Assembly (NCBI RefSeq): GCF_024521635.1
Contig: NW_026250403.1
Span: 248,001 to 312,000 of the forward strand
Origin: Tricharina praecox
Lineage: Eukaryota
Length of the DNA: 64,000 bases
Direction: 5' to 3'
A program made the position numbers and the translations under genes. Below the pieces are notes generated by a model. That model made no database searches. It was not told the origin of the DNA and was given only the letters and a program-made list of their open reading frames with translations. Below are positions 49,221-61,893 of the stretch, one piece after another. Position 1 is the first letter of the stretch; the number at the start of each line of letters is the position of its first letter.

Positions 49221-51686
49221 CTACCCCCCGCCCGCCGGCAGCCCCCCGAACGTCCCGACCGATGCCTCGCCGATCTTCCCGCCCAGACTCTTCCCTCGTT
49301 CTCTCATCCTCCGGCCCTCCATCAGCCCGCGCAGACCGCGCTTCTGTAGGCCAATGATGTTGACGTTCTCCCACCACTCGTCGTCGTCTGTCGCGCCCGG
49401 TAGTGGTGGGAGCGGCGCACTCGTATCCTCATCCGCGCCGACATCACCGTTGCCGTTCGCGGCGGCGGTTGAAACGTCGTCGTCGAGATGTTTATGGTCC
49501 ATGTAGACAGCTTCGATTCCGGAACCGGAACCGGCGGCGGTTGCGGCAGCGTTGAAGACTGCCGCTGCGTTCTTGCCATCGAGCTGCTGGTGGATCCGTT
49601 CCACGGTTGCTTCGAGGAGTCCCTCGATGCGGTATGGTCGTGCGATCTGTAGGAGCGAGCAAAGGATGGGTGCGATGACGCCTGGATCGCCCGGGGGTGG
49701 GAGGGAGCCGGTGTATAGGAACTCTGTGAGTGCTAGGACTACCGAGTGGCAGTGGGGGAAGTAGAGACATCTGGGGCGGTCCAGGGGATTGTATTGTGCT
49801 GTCGTTGGTGGTTGTGAAGGGGGCGGGATGCCCCCAAGACCTCCTGCTGCCGCGGGCGCCGAGAAGGACTGCGGGGTTATAGTGGCCATGGACACTGCAC
49901 GACCTGTAGGGTCGGGCTCGTGCTTGGTCGAGTTGAGAAGCTCGATGAAGTATGGGCCCCATCGCTTTGCGATCATTCGAGAGTTGACGGGTACCGTTTC
50001 GCCCTCCATGCACACGAATTCCATATCCGCAAGCTCGGGCATGCTCATGAACATGCGGCCGAAGTCCTCGGCCGCAGACGAGAATGTTCTCTGTGCGGCT
50101 GGATGCGAAGTATTGCGCCAGTTCTCGTAGAGACCAAACGCCTCCAGATCGACTTTGCAGAGATTGGAAAAGTTGATACGACGATGGTTATAGTCTTCCA
50201 CCAGAGAACGACCCTTGTTCCCCAGGATCAGGAAGGAGCTACGACGGTTCCAGAGCACTCCGCGATTCCACGAGCCCTGCGCGAACACCTGTCCCGCGTC
50301 GATACGTGACCATACCAGCGTCCGGAGATCCAGAGCCCAGAGCGCATACTCCTGCTTGTTGGAGGTGAGATATGTTCCCGACACCACAAAGTGATTATCC
50401 AAAACCCCGCCGTTCGGGAATCGCAGCCCAGGAGGTGAGTGCTGTCCGTTCATCGCTTTTTCCGTCAGCGATCCATCCGGCAGACGGAGCTGTAGCTCCA
50501 GTCTGACATCCAAAAAGTTGTAGTTCGAGTAGATCAACATCGCGCCTGGACCATTGGGGTTCGGCGCATTGCCATTCGCAGGAGCAGGAGCAGGGGTGGG
50601 AGCAGGAGCGGCGGCGGGTGCTATTTCGTCACCCGCCGGCGATGCATCCACACCGGCCCCTATCTGCGAAACCGACAGCTTATTACCCAACGGCGCCACG
50701 ACCGACCTGTAAGCTCCGCACGACCGATCCAACGGACTCCTCGATGTCCACGTCAACGAACGCAGGTTGAAGACGTTAACCTCTTCGATATAATGATTCG
50801 CCGAGTCTTGGCCTCCCACGACAACCATCTCCGCACCACCAAATCCATCCAACCTCTCCCCGCCCACCACTGCCGCCGCCACCGTATTGGCAGCCGTAAA
50901 AAACGCCGTACTTGGCAGGATCGTAGCGCAGTGCGCGTATCTCCCCTCCGGCGGATTCGGCGTGGGAATAAACGTCCAGGTGCACGACGGGATGTCAAAG
51001 ACGTGGATATCGCTCATGACTTGGACTTCGCTCTGGTCCGGTTGATTCTGCTGGCCGGCGGCAACGCCGCCAGCCGGCGACGGCAAAGTCCTATTGTGGA
51101 TTCCCTCCTCCCCCGAGGGCGTCGCAGTGGTATTTGTCGGCGACATCCCGCCGAAACACACCAGCTTCGAATCGCCCAGCGCGCACACGCTGTGGAAGTA
51201 CCGGGGTGGCGGGATTTGCCCCTTTGTCTCGAGCTTCCGCCATACCCGAGTCATCAGGTCGAGCGCGTACATGTCATTAGTGAGCTGTGGTCTCGAGCGC
51301 GACAGGATGCGCCCGCCAAAGACGAAGAGGACATCGCCGACGACGGTAGTCGAGGGCCCAACTAGCGGCGCGGGCTCCTTGCCGGTGGTCTTGAGAATGG
51401 TGGAGACCAATGTCGAGAAGTTCTGGGACGAGGTTGCGGGCTGCGCAGCTGCCACGGGCGTCGAGGACCGCGGATCGGGGTGGTTGGGGTTAGTGCTGGA
51501 GGTGGCCATCGGAGGAGGAGGAGGTGTTGTCGCTGTTGTCGGCGTAGTTGTTGAGGGATTGATCGTGGCCGCGGGAGTGCTGGGAGTGGTGGTCATGTTC
51601 GGTTGGGCCAAGCGCGCGGCCCCTTGATGCAGGGAAGCAACTCTGGGTGTTCCTGGAGCTTCCACGACACAGCTCGGGCCGCGCAT
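49221..51686 (-). CDS. Kelch-repeat plus BTB-like protein, Ral2/Mds3-like (start 51686 or 51596)
   Basis: 821-aa uninterrupted ORF with kelch GG/W motifs (LFVFGGR, PPPRYFHS, GRYAHCA, VVGGQD), IYSNYNFLDV, PPGLRFP and C-terminal BTB-like ADMEF...LTEFLYT. Confidence 0.88.
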   Translation of the reverse strand: MRGPSCVVEAPGTPRVASLHQGAARLAQPNMTTTPSTPAATINPSTTTPTTATTPPPPPMATSSTNPNHPDPRSSTPVAAAQPATSSQNFSTLVSTILKTTGKEPAPLVGPSTTVVGDVLFVFGGRILSRSRPQLTNDMYALDLMTRVWRKLETKGQIPPPRYFHSVCALGDSKLVCFGGMSPTNTTATPSGEEGIHNRTLPSPAGGVAAGQQNQPDQSEVQVMSDIHVFDIPSCTWTFIPTPNPPEGRYAHCATILPSTAFFTAANTVAAAVVGGERLDGFGGAEMVVVGGQDSANHYIEEVNVFNLRSLTWTSRSPLDRSCGAYRSVVAPLGNKLSVSQIGAGVDASPAGDEIAPAAAPAPTPAPAPANGNAPNPNGPGAMLIYSNYNFLDVRLELQLRLPDGSLTEKAMNGQHSPPGLRFPNGGVLDNHFVVSGTYLTSNKQEYALWALDLRTLVWSRIDAGQVFAQGSWNRGVLWNRRSSFLILGNKGRSLVEDYNHRRINFSNLCKVDLEAFGLYENWRNTSHPAAQRTFSSAAEDFGRMFMSMPELADMEFVCMEGETVPVNSRMIAKRWGPYFIELLNSTKHEPDPTGRAVSMATITPQSFSAPAAAGGLGGIPPPSQPPTTAQYNPLDRPRCLYFPHCHSVVLALTEFLYTGSLPPPGDPGVIAPILCSLLQIARPYRIEGLLEATVERIHQQLDGKNAAAVFNAAATAAGSGSGIEAVYMDHKHLDDDVSTAAANGNGDVGADEDTSAPLPPLPGATDDDEWWENVNIIGLQKRGLRGLMEGRRMRERGKSLGGKIGEASVGTFGGLPAGGG

Positions 51687-53484
51687 GATTCAATGCGCTA
51701 GAGAGGGGGGTAGTTAACTGTGCTATATAGCAATAAGTGTAAGTGTAAGTGCAACTCTGTTTCGCTGTGAAGATATTTTGGATTTTGAGCGGGTTTTATA
51801 GGGACGAGGGGCGCGAGGCGATCGTGTTTCAGAACCACACTCGGCACAGCAGCAGGCAGCCCATAGGAACGAGGCCCCGCAGATGATGTCTTGCGGGCCA
51901 CGAGGGAGGTGTTACACTGCGTTTTAGCACCTAACGTAGTGCAGCTTGTGAAGTTCCAGCCAGCCATCGTGGACATCTCAAAGACTCGGAGGCATCGATT
52001 CGCCATAAGCGAGTGTGTGAGGAACTCTACGAAGCTTTGGTGCTGTCGCGGACTGATACCGACGCCATGGGCGGCGGATCGGCGGATGTCTGAGACTCTC
52101 AGCAGTTTGGGTGTGAGTTCGCCGGCGAAACCTGGACATCCTCCAGCAACCCAATGCAAGGACGCAAGGTTTTGAAACATCACAGGAGAGCTAGTTGGCC
52201 TCCATCTTCTGCACTTGCGATGTACTGTTACTGCTGCACTCTTGCTAAGAACCCAGCATTATGTTCTCACCTCCGCCGAAACAGCGTCAACAGATCTCGC
52301 CCAGTTGGTGAGTCTGACGTGCAAGTGGAAACCTTCCGTGACGTGAATTTTCCCCTGAATGTATGCTGACAGTGGCTAGGTACCTCGATTCAAGCACGAC
52401 ATGCTTTCCGTCATAAACCGCCTCAGGCGAAATGCTGGTACCGCTACTGTCCGTCCGGAAACATGCGATTCCTGCAAGAATCTGTTGCAGAATGGAATTG
52501 GCGCTTCCCACACAGATGAGATCCTCTGGGGAGCATGCATCTTCCCAGGTACACCTACTCTACAATCACGGCCTTTTCGAACGTAGCCGTGAGAAAACTG
52601 CTGCTGGCTTTGATCAGCCGGTTCCTTGCCTGTGCCCGCAGCCCGAATTCACCATCAAAGTTTCCGAGAAATCAACAGCTCCCCAGGCCTTATACCTACA
52701 CGCTTCACCGGATCACCGAACATCACAACTGTCAAACTTTAGTCGCCCGGAGACGTCGGCACGAATAAGGTTTCGCGGTGGACGGTCGAGGTCGAGTCTC
52801 GACGGCCGCGATGGAGTGTCGACGAGCATATGGTTACGCAGCGGCGAACCTTAGGCGGCGCCGCAGTCTTGTATATCAAGAGAGGCCTCGCCGCTGACGC
52901 TGGGGTTTTTGCTGTATCGAATTAATTATCTCTGTTGTTCCATCCATATATTTCAACAACAGCTTCATCCAGGTCTCGCGGGAAGAGTGATGCCTGGTGC
53001 TATGCCGCCATGATTCGGATTATCAAAGACCGGGGGTACAATGTGCAATTGGTTGCAGAGAACGGTGTATCGGCCGTGGATAGCGATCCAAAACAGCTTT
53101 TTCCTCCCATGTGGTTTCCGGAGTGTCTCTATCAACTTGTCAAGGTGCTCTACTATAGTAGGGGCCGGAGCGGTGGTGGCATAGCTTGGAGGTTATCATC
53201 ACGGAGGCCGGCGATGAGGTTCGAAAGAATCAGAGCAGTGGTATTCCCGAGCTTGGTATTGGAAATTTCCACTACGTATTTCCTACATACAGGCAGCATT
53301 AAAGTGAACCTTACTAAGGACCGTCATGCCATAGGGCGAAGTGATCATTAATAGAGGATGTCCGGTCGCGGCAGAGTCGCTGATTATCGCTGTCTACCCA
53401 GTGTACCTCAGAACAATATACAAGCCCAACTAAATATCCAAATAGAACGTCCCCGCAATTCACCAAACCAGGGTTGATGTGTTC

Positions 53485-54615
53485 TTATGAGACCGCATCA
53501 ATAACTGTGATGTCCGTCCTATCGGGAAGCGGTCGTCCCGCGGCGCGCTCCGCCTCCCCATCCATCTCGCCCTTCCCATTATCTTTGACAAACACCGTCA
53601 ACCCTGAGAATGCTTCAAAGAGACTCCTCTGATACCACTCCTTCCGCGAGTATCCACCAGCAGAGACATCGGTCCTGTCGACGAAGTCGTCCACCCAGTC
53701 ATACCTCGGATACTCGTCCAGAATCGTGTAGTACCGGCTGGTATCATCGACGCCTTTGCCCAGCGGCTGCCACTCCTCCTCCTCCTCCTCCTCCTGCTCC
53801 TCATCCTCTTTACCAACCTTCGCCAAGAAGGAATTCATAGCCAGTGCTCGACCCTCGCGGATGCCCTTAGCATTAACAACATCCAGTCGAGCCTTCTGCC
53901 TCCTCTCCTCCGCGCGCCTCGCATACGCCGCCTTGATCCTTTCGACCTGTTCGAGATCGCCCTTCGCCATAGCCTCAATCTGCGCCCTCCGACTCATGAG
54001 CATCTCCCTCTTCTCCTCCTCCGTCTCAAAGACGGCGGCCTGTCTCGCAGCTCTAAGGACATCCCTCTCGGCATCCTCCCTCGCCAGGAACGCCATAGCC
54101 TCCGCGCGCTCCTTCCTAACATTCCTCTCAATAACGGCCTTATTCTCCTCCTCATACTTCCTGAGCGTCCTCTCAGCCGCCTCGACCTCCTTCTTGGTGC
54201 CATTAACGATATCGAACGTGGTCCCCTCGACCATCTCGAGGTAATCGTCCCACTCGCGCTTAGTAGTAAACTCGTCTTCGCGGCGGTTAAACACCTTGTT
54301 GACGCGTTTCCGCACGTCGACCTCGCGCTCCACCGTGATGTCGCCAAACGTCTGCTTGCGGAACCGCTGCGAGCGCAAACGCTTGCCGCACCCAGCGACG
54401 GGACAGTCACCAGGTCCGTTGCCGAATAGTCGGTCCACGCACGACGCGCACATCTTGTGGTAGCACGTCGGCTCGATCAGGAATTGGATTGCGGGGTTGA
54501 GGTAGCGCGAGGACTTGCACACCGGGCAGTATTCTTCCGAGTCTAAGGCGGGTTAGCATGGCGAGCTGTGGGCATTTGTTGGAGGAAAGTCGGTGGACGT
54601 ACCGTCGTGAGTCAT
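53485..54615 (-). CDS. TFB3: TFIIH/CAK assembly factor MAT1 (2 exons)
   Basis: RING CPVCKSSRYLNP...CYHKMCASCVDRLF..GPGDCPVAGC; FRKQTFGDITVEREVDVRKRV; C-terminal AGGY...AFSGL. Short first exon starts at 54615. Confidence 0.95.
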
Positions 54616-55204
54616 GGTGGGCGGTGGTGGGTATGTTTCTTGTCCGGTGTGGGTGGTGGACAGTGGTTGAATAGTAAGTGGTTGAATAGGAAGTGGTAAA
54701 TAGAGATAAAAGCTCAAGGTTGGATCGGGAGTGGAGCTTCGAGAAAACGCGCCGTAAATTGGAGGTCAAGGATGCAGTAGATGGTGTAACGTTGCACAGG
54801 AGCTTACGATGACGGAGCAGACGCCAGTTATAGGTGCGTCCAACAATCGCTATTAACCCTAACTCACATCATTCCAAGACCTCGCTCACACAGAACCGAT
54901 GGCAATCGAACGTCCAGTAAGCATGCCTTGATGAATCATGAGGCTACTATAACACACTTGCCCCCAATGCCACGATAACAAAAGCAGAATAAGCAAATGA
55001 ATGAACCCGAACATGTACAAAGGCGACTAACAAACACTCCGAGAACTAAAAACTAAAAAGATAACCCATCGAGCCCCCAAAAAACGCACCAAAAAGAATG
55101 AAGGAAGTAAATGATGAAGAAGAGACTTGGTATCCCAAAAAAAACACCCCTCGACAATAGAAATCAAACGGTCAAACGGCGAGGTACCGGGAATCAACCC
55201 CAGT

Positions 55205-58200
55205 CTACACGGCCAGAGACCTAATCAGATCCTCGGTCTCGTCACCCGCTTCGTATTCTTTGGGCCTCTCACGCTCCACAAACCCCTCGTTGACATCGTA
55301 TAGCGCGTAAATCTGGTCAGACTTGGAGTCCATCTCCTGCACGAGCTCGTTCAGCTCCCGAGTCATCGCCTTGCGGCGCTTCTTCTGGATAGCCGGGTCG
55401 AGCAACATGAACTCTTCACTCCTGCGTTGGTATATCCTTGAGGATTATTAGCAACTTGTAGCCACATCATATCACTGGCTGTTGAACTCACATCTTGAGA
55501 TGCCTGAACTCATCCCTGAGCTGCCTTACCACGCGCTCCAACTGTGTTTGCGGGGTAACACTGGGTCGCAGCGTGGGCTCCTCATCGAACCCTTCGGGAG
55601 CTGGACGCTTCGAGGCAGGCTCAAGCGGTGGGGCGGGGTAGAGGCAAGAGTTATCGATATCCTTCAAAGGGTTCTCACGCTCCATCTCCTCTTGCCGCAA
55701 GCGCAGACCATCGTATCGGACACAGACAGTGCATTGTCGGGTATCGTGGTCTTCAGCGTTGTGGTCCACCGAAGCATCCTGGTCACTATCGTTCGAAGCT
55801 TCGTCCTCGGAAACGTCCTTGAAAACCACTCGCGGGGCCGAGCGAGGTTCCGGAGCCAAAGCAACAACCTCCTTCTCAACGAGGGGGGCAGTGGCCTCAG
55901 CCTCTTTGTCCTCAACATTCTCTGGTGCCTTGACCTCGGGCTCGGCCGCAGGGGTGCGCTCCCCGGCAAGAGCAGAGTCAAAGGGAGCACGGAAGAGAGC
56001 CGGCGTTCCGGTGCGAGCAGGAGGTTGAATGGAGCCCGCAGACCCCGATGCAGACTCGGTGACCTTGGCAACTTCCGATTCTTGGGCTTCTTGTGTCAGG
56101 CCACGGATCTCCGTAGTATCTGCGTCCATAAGGTAAACGACCTTGACCACCTTGCGACCCTTCTTCTTGGTAGAGGATTCCGCAGAAGACTCGGCGCCAG
56201 TGGCAAGAGCATTTGCCGAGGATGTAGCTTTAGCAGTTTGGGCAGTCGCTGGCACACTTGTCTGGGCCTGTTGCTCCGCCGGACGCCGGGTCTGTTGCTG
56301 TCTGGGGCGCTCGATCTCCGCCTCTTTTCTGGCCTTCTCGGCAACGGCAGCAGCCTTTCGCTTCTTGCGTTCCTGGTTGATCTCCTTCGCAATGCGGCGA
56401 ACCTCCTCCTGAGAGATCGACATGGTGGTATCGTCAAACAAAAACCCAGACGGGCCAGCTCGCGACGCTTCCGGTTCAGTCGGCCTAGGTTGTTCCTCGC
56501 GCCCCTTCCCTTTATCTTTCCTCCCGGCCTCCGGCACTATCTCTGTCTCAGAAGTCTCACTTGCCGAAGACTTACGGGCCCTAGGAATCACAATGGTCCT
56601 CTTCCTTCCATCAACCTCCACCGTTGCCTTTCGTGGCGCCGGTAGCGCAGATGGAATGACAAGTGGCTCAATACGACCCACAAACAAGTCTGGCCGGATT
56701 TTTCTGAGTTGTTCCTCAACGGATCGGTCGAACTCCTGCTTGGCTTCCAGCCGTCTGATTTCTTCCCTTTCCTCCTCTTCCCGCTCCTTCGCGATCCGCT
56801 CAGCCTCACGCTTCTCCGCCTCTTCCTCCTCAAGCTTTTGGCGTGCAGTCTCCCGCTCTGCAGCTTGCCGCTCCTCGACATCACGACGGGCCGCCTCCTC
56901 CATTGCCAGTCGAGCTTGCTTAGCGTATAGTCGGAGTCGTTCCTCACGAGCACGGAATTCATTGCGCTGACGGGTGGCGCGCTTCTCGATTGACTGTTTC
57001 TCGTGTTCCACCTGCTCGAACTGGGCTTGTAGATCGTTGTAGGCAGCCTTCAAATCTTCATTCTGAGCGATGGCCATGGCAACAGAGTTGACAGCAACGA
57101 GCCGCTCTTCTTCTAGACTCCCAGGCTCGAACTTCCGCTCTCCCTGCATTTTGCCACGCCTGATCTGATCTTCGAGCATGGCCACCTTCTCCTGGAGCTG
57201 CTTCATGCCATCCAGCAGAGCGCGTGAGTCGTGGGGAATTGGAATGGCGTCAATTGGGAAATGTGTTTCCGCCGAAGCACCTTTCTTTGCAGAGAAACGC
57301 GTCACTTCGTTACCACCAAATAAATCCGTCATATCGGGCATACTCGGCATCATGAACGAGGGATCGATGTTGCGGGTGGTACGAGCAGGTTTCTGAGGGG
57401 TTTGCTTCGTACGAGGTCGGACGGGCGGATCGGACGGACCAACTCGCTTCAGCTCTTTCAGAGTCGTCTGGAGGTTGATCGTTTGCGTATGGCCGTCGAG
57501 GCCTAGCTCCTTAAGGAAATCCGACGTCGATTTGAACGATGTGGGAACCGTACCGGTAGGGGCCGGCTTTCGAGTCCGTCCCAGGATCGCTGGAAGATCT
57601 TCGGTGATGTCGTCGTCCGGCCGGTTTGACGCAGCACTGGTCGGGCGCTGGAATCTTGTGTTCGAGAACCATTTGCGGTTACTCTTGTTTCCGATATCCT
57701 CCAATGCATCCTCCTCCGAGTCTCGTGGATTTGCCGTTGGTGGGTTGGCGAAACGCGACGCCCTCGATCCACCACTCCCCGAGTTCGACACATAGTCCAC
57801 GATCTTCGATGGTGCTTCGGCACTTTCAGTTGACAAACGCGACCTCCTGCGCTTAGGAGTGGCCGCTGCGGCCCCGAAGTCCAGTGTCGGAGGAAACGAC
57901 AAATTCCTCTGAACGGGCGATCCCAAGGACCTATCGACAGCCTGCGACTTCGTCTTTTCTCGTCGGCTCGCACCCGACACCTCTCTCGAGGAGGAGGTCT
58001 TGTCGTCCAGCTTCCCACCGGTCCGTTTCTTGCTCTCGTTCCCCTTCGAACCCGTCAAACCAGCCGAAAACAGATCCGCCCCCCGATCATCGAAGCTTAC
58101 ACCGCCAGCTCCCGCGCCCTCGGGCCGCCCCCGCCCAATCTCATACGAATCCGCATCGGTGGTATCGCGAAGATCGTCTGCCGCCATTGTGAAGTCAATG

Positions 58201-58529
58201 AAATGCTCACGCATAAGTCTGGAATCGATAGTGGGTGTCTGGTAGAGCATCGTACCGGGAGGTCCAGAAGGAGCAGCCCTGGTCGGAACGTATATGCGCT
58301 TGGTCGAAGTCGCGTTGGCCTCTTTGCCCACGTCCATCGACATCGACATGTCGGTCTGGTCGCCGCCCGGGGGAGGAAGTGATGAGAACGAGATGTCCTG
58401 GAAGTCGCGAGCTAGCTCGCGTCCGAGGCGGTAGCGGTCCTGTGTTGACCGGTCGTTCTGCCAGCTCGGGTCAATTACGGGGAGCGATAGTGTGCCTGTG
58501 TCGTCTCCGTGGCCGCCGTAATACGCCAT
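55205..58529 (-). CDS. Spindle-pole-body Ppc89/Cep57-like coiled-coil protein (2 exons)
   Basis: 1013-aa ORF plus last exon. C-terminal EEPTLRPS...LERVVRQLRDEFRHLK...KSDQIYALYDV resembles the Cep57 microtubule-binding domain; central coiled coil. Confidence 0.8.
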
Positions 58530-60245
58530 TCGAGCAGCTGAAATATTCTTCTTGTCGGTGGTGTTTTGTTGTTGTCGCGGGTCGCAGGTCGCAAACAGTC
58601 CACGGTTATGGCCTTATGAATACGGGGCAGAACGAAGAGGTAAGAAAGGAATTGGCAAAACCGACCCAAAAATTGGAGGAGTAACTGTCTAGTACGGATG
58701 AGACTACTTTGTCATGTCACACCACCGAGGGGGGAAGAAAGAGGGGAAGAAAGAGGGAAAGAGGGGGCGTGTTTGTATGAAGGATGTCGGGGGAGACGTG
58801 AGGCGAGAGGGTGGACCTTTGTTGTTGTTTTGCTCAAGCACCTGGCAACCAGGAAAGCTTGGCGGCACTAGATCGTAAACACTGGCAACGGCAGCTTTCG
58901 ATTGATTGATTGATTGTTCATACAGCATGAACCCGAAGGTTATGGCTGATAGAGATATCTACAATACAACATTTCGACAAAGAAATTCCACCACCAAATC
59001 CATACAGAAATGACAAGCCAAATCCCTTCGCCTCTCAATATTTGAAAGTGAGCCTCCGAAGAGGCTCGGGTTGTCGGTTTTGCGCTGTAGCGGCGCGTCG
59101 TAGCCCTCCTCTCCTCCAAAAGGTACCTCCACTCGGCACTACCCTCAACATAACCAGTCTAGCGCACACGTCATGATGCTCGAAAGGAATCGTCGTCTCG
59201 GGGTTTGCGTAGCTGTCAAGGCCGGGGTCCGATGAATAGCGGCGAAGATATTTGGATCGAAGGCGGGACTGGCAAAATGCCGGTTGTCATGGTCGACGTT
59301 GTCCTGGGCCAAGCCCTGAGCTCTCCCCCTGGAGTTCACTCTCCTCCCCGCCGTCGCCGTATCGCCTGCTAAACAGGCTCTCCTAGAATGATAAAATCGA
59401 TGATGTGCGGGGAAGCGATGGTGAGACTTCTTCAGAGGTTCGGACGTAGCACCCGTGGTGGTGCAGTTCTCCGGCCAGGGACCGAGGCTCGATTGATCTC
59501 TATCGCTTCATGCTCATCGTCGTCGAATTCGTCGGTCGGGGCACTCAATCCGCGGTCGGAAAGAGTGGACACACACGCCACATGAATCCTGAAGCCAAAG
59601 TGAGCGGGGCATTTGGTGTGCCAACGCATAGTCTTGGCATTTTTGGAAGGTTGGTGTGGTTGTCGGAGGTGTGTGTACGGTAGCTCTCGAGTGTCAACAC
59701 TGGAAAAACGTAATCAACCCCACGGCGCTCTGTAAGCTGGGGTGTGGAGAAGCAACGCCAGTACGTCGGCATATGGAGATGCCAATATACAAGATAACGA
59801 AGTCTCCAGCCAATGACCGTTGCCTTAGTAGGGCAACTATTGATGTTGCGTGTTGACTAACGCCGGGTGCCGTATCGTGGCCCAGCGTTCTTCATCACAG
59901 TCTCACAGCCTTATGGCCATCTTTTCGGAGGGCCCTGGGGACGGCCAAAACCCATGGCACAGGGACATCGAACAAATCAAACCTTGACTCGGAGTAACAC
60001 GGCAATTAGAGCTCGATTAGCTCAGCAGCGACATTCTGGGAGCATAGAAGCAAGGCTTAGGACGCAAGCTGCAGAAATGAAGAGCAGCATACCATCCATT
60101 CGGCGCTGACTGATTGTCATAGGCATTACTGTAGTCGGACTGTAATATACAACCGCAAAAAGGACGAGTAAAGAAAAGAAACAGCAAGGAAATCTACACA
60201 CAGCAAACAAGCTCCGGATTCCAATGGTCGTCATTCGGGCTCACC

Positions 60246-61549
60246 CTAATCACTATCACTGCCATAGTCCAGCCCCAGTCCGCCACCGGACGGTGCCTCC
60301 TCCTTCTTACTGGTAATCCTCGCTCCTCCACCCTCCCTCAGCCCCTTCAGTGCCTCCAGCGCAGAACTCGAGAAGATCCCTCCAGCTTGTTGTTGTTCAC
60401 CACTTTGGAGCAGCAACCTCTCCTCTCCGTTCTCAATCCTTCCCGCAGGATTAACCGCACCCTCACCCCTAGCATACCAAATCTCTTCCGGCGCCTCATA
60501 TCCCCTAAGCCCAAAGCTGCCCTCCATCCTCCGTCTCTTCGCCGCGCCCCTATCCTTCCCCTCAAGCTCCGCCACGAACTCGGCCGGCAGCGCTGCACGG
60601 ATAGCGGCGGCGGCCTGCTCCTCGACGCGGCGCTTGTCACGCGCCTGAGCGACAGGATTGGGGTCTTGTGTTGCCCAGCGCACGTTGAGGATCTCGTTGT
60701 GGTCCAGCGACTGGTGGGCCATAGCCTCCTTTGCGAACTGCGCGTTGGCCTCATTCGAGTAAGTGACGAAGCCGACACCGCGCGAGTTCAGGACACGTAC
60801 TGGACTCCGTATTAGCATCAGAAAAATCATTCATAGCCCGTGGTGAGACGGGGATACCTACTTCTCTCAACCTGACCCCACTCCGCAAAGTGCCGCGCCA
60901 CGATCTCCTCAATATCATCGCTCACGTGGATGCGGCCCACATACAGCGTGTGGTTCTGACGCATAAAACTTCCCACACCGCCCATATCATCTCGATAATC
61001 ACTAAACTTGTCTCTGCCAAAGCAATCGACGTTGGGATTGAACAGATCATGCACCGTCGGCAGGCGGTGGAGATATTCACACTCGGCTCCACGCGGACAA
61101 AGCCCCCTCGCGAAGAAGAGGCAAAAGTAGCTCCCGGGGATCTTGTCCGCCTTGGTGTATCCACTGTCCTTGGCGATCTGACAGCGGCCCGCAGCGTGCG
61201 CTTTGGAGATGTACTTGTCCTCGCGGTCTCCACCCGACCATTTGTTGTACCAGATGTTGAAGACGGTTCCGGTCTGCGCGGGAATTTCGCCGCCCTTGAA
61301 CGTGTCCGGGTCCACCTGCGCCCGTGCTGGACGCCGCTTCTTCTTTTTCAGGATCTTTTTGTCGTCGGTGGAGGTGGTGGTCGTGAGCGCCGTGGCGTCG
61401 CTGTCGGCATTACCATCGCCATCGGTCGGAGTCGTCGAGGTTGGCGCAACTTCGGAGGAGGAGATGACGTCGGCGGGCTCGGTCATTGTTGCGTCGGCGT
61501 CGATGTCGACTGGCTGCTGCTCTTGCGGCGGTTGTGCTTCGTCGGCCAT
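60246..61549 (-). CDS. CWC2: Pre-mRNA splicing factor Cwc2 (CCCH finger plus RRM), 2 exons
   Basis: RPARAQVD, FNIWYNKWSGGD, FCLFFARGLC..G.ECEYLH, DCFGRDKFSDYRDDMGGVGSF, AQFAKEAMAHQSL, LNVRWA. Confidence 0.97.
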
Positions 61550-61893
61550 TGTGATTGTAGGCGATGTGGCGATGTGGTGATGTGTCGCGTACTTGTGTGC
61601 AGTTGCAGTTCCTTCACAAGCTCACGGTCAACGCGCCAATGGTGTAACTACAGTAAAGTTCCAAGCTAACCCAGTGTGGTTCGCCAAGCTCGTCCGCGCG
61701 ATTCGACAACCCTGCACTCTTCCCTTCGCCTCCCCGCCAAACCTACCACCTGCCCCACCAACTTCAACCTCAACCTCAACCTCAACCACACCTCAACCTC
61801 AACCACACCTCACGCTCAACCGCGCCTACCAACCACCAACCAACCAGCAACGACGCACGCAACTCCCCACGCCAACCCCACCAAGCCTTCAAA

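Noticed and set aside
51700-53400. 138-161-aa ORFs between the Ral2-like gene and TFB3
   Set aside because: No recognisable motif or consistent exon chain; a degenerate gene cannot be excluded without a search.
54854-54863. TAACCCTAAC resembling a telomerase RNA template
   Set aside because: Single 10-mer in a ~590-bp intergenic gap, too small for a filamentous-fungal telomerase RNA, with no supporting structure.
55482-56645. 387-aa plus-strand ORF (and similar ORFs at 11666, 29280, 47466, 60890, 62009)
   Set aside because: Antisense shadows of well-supported genes on the other strand.
58930-60200. Short Cys/His-containing ORFs between the Ppc89-like gene and CWC2
   Set aside because: No coherent domain or splice model.
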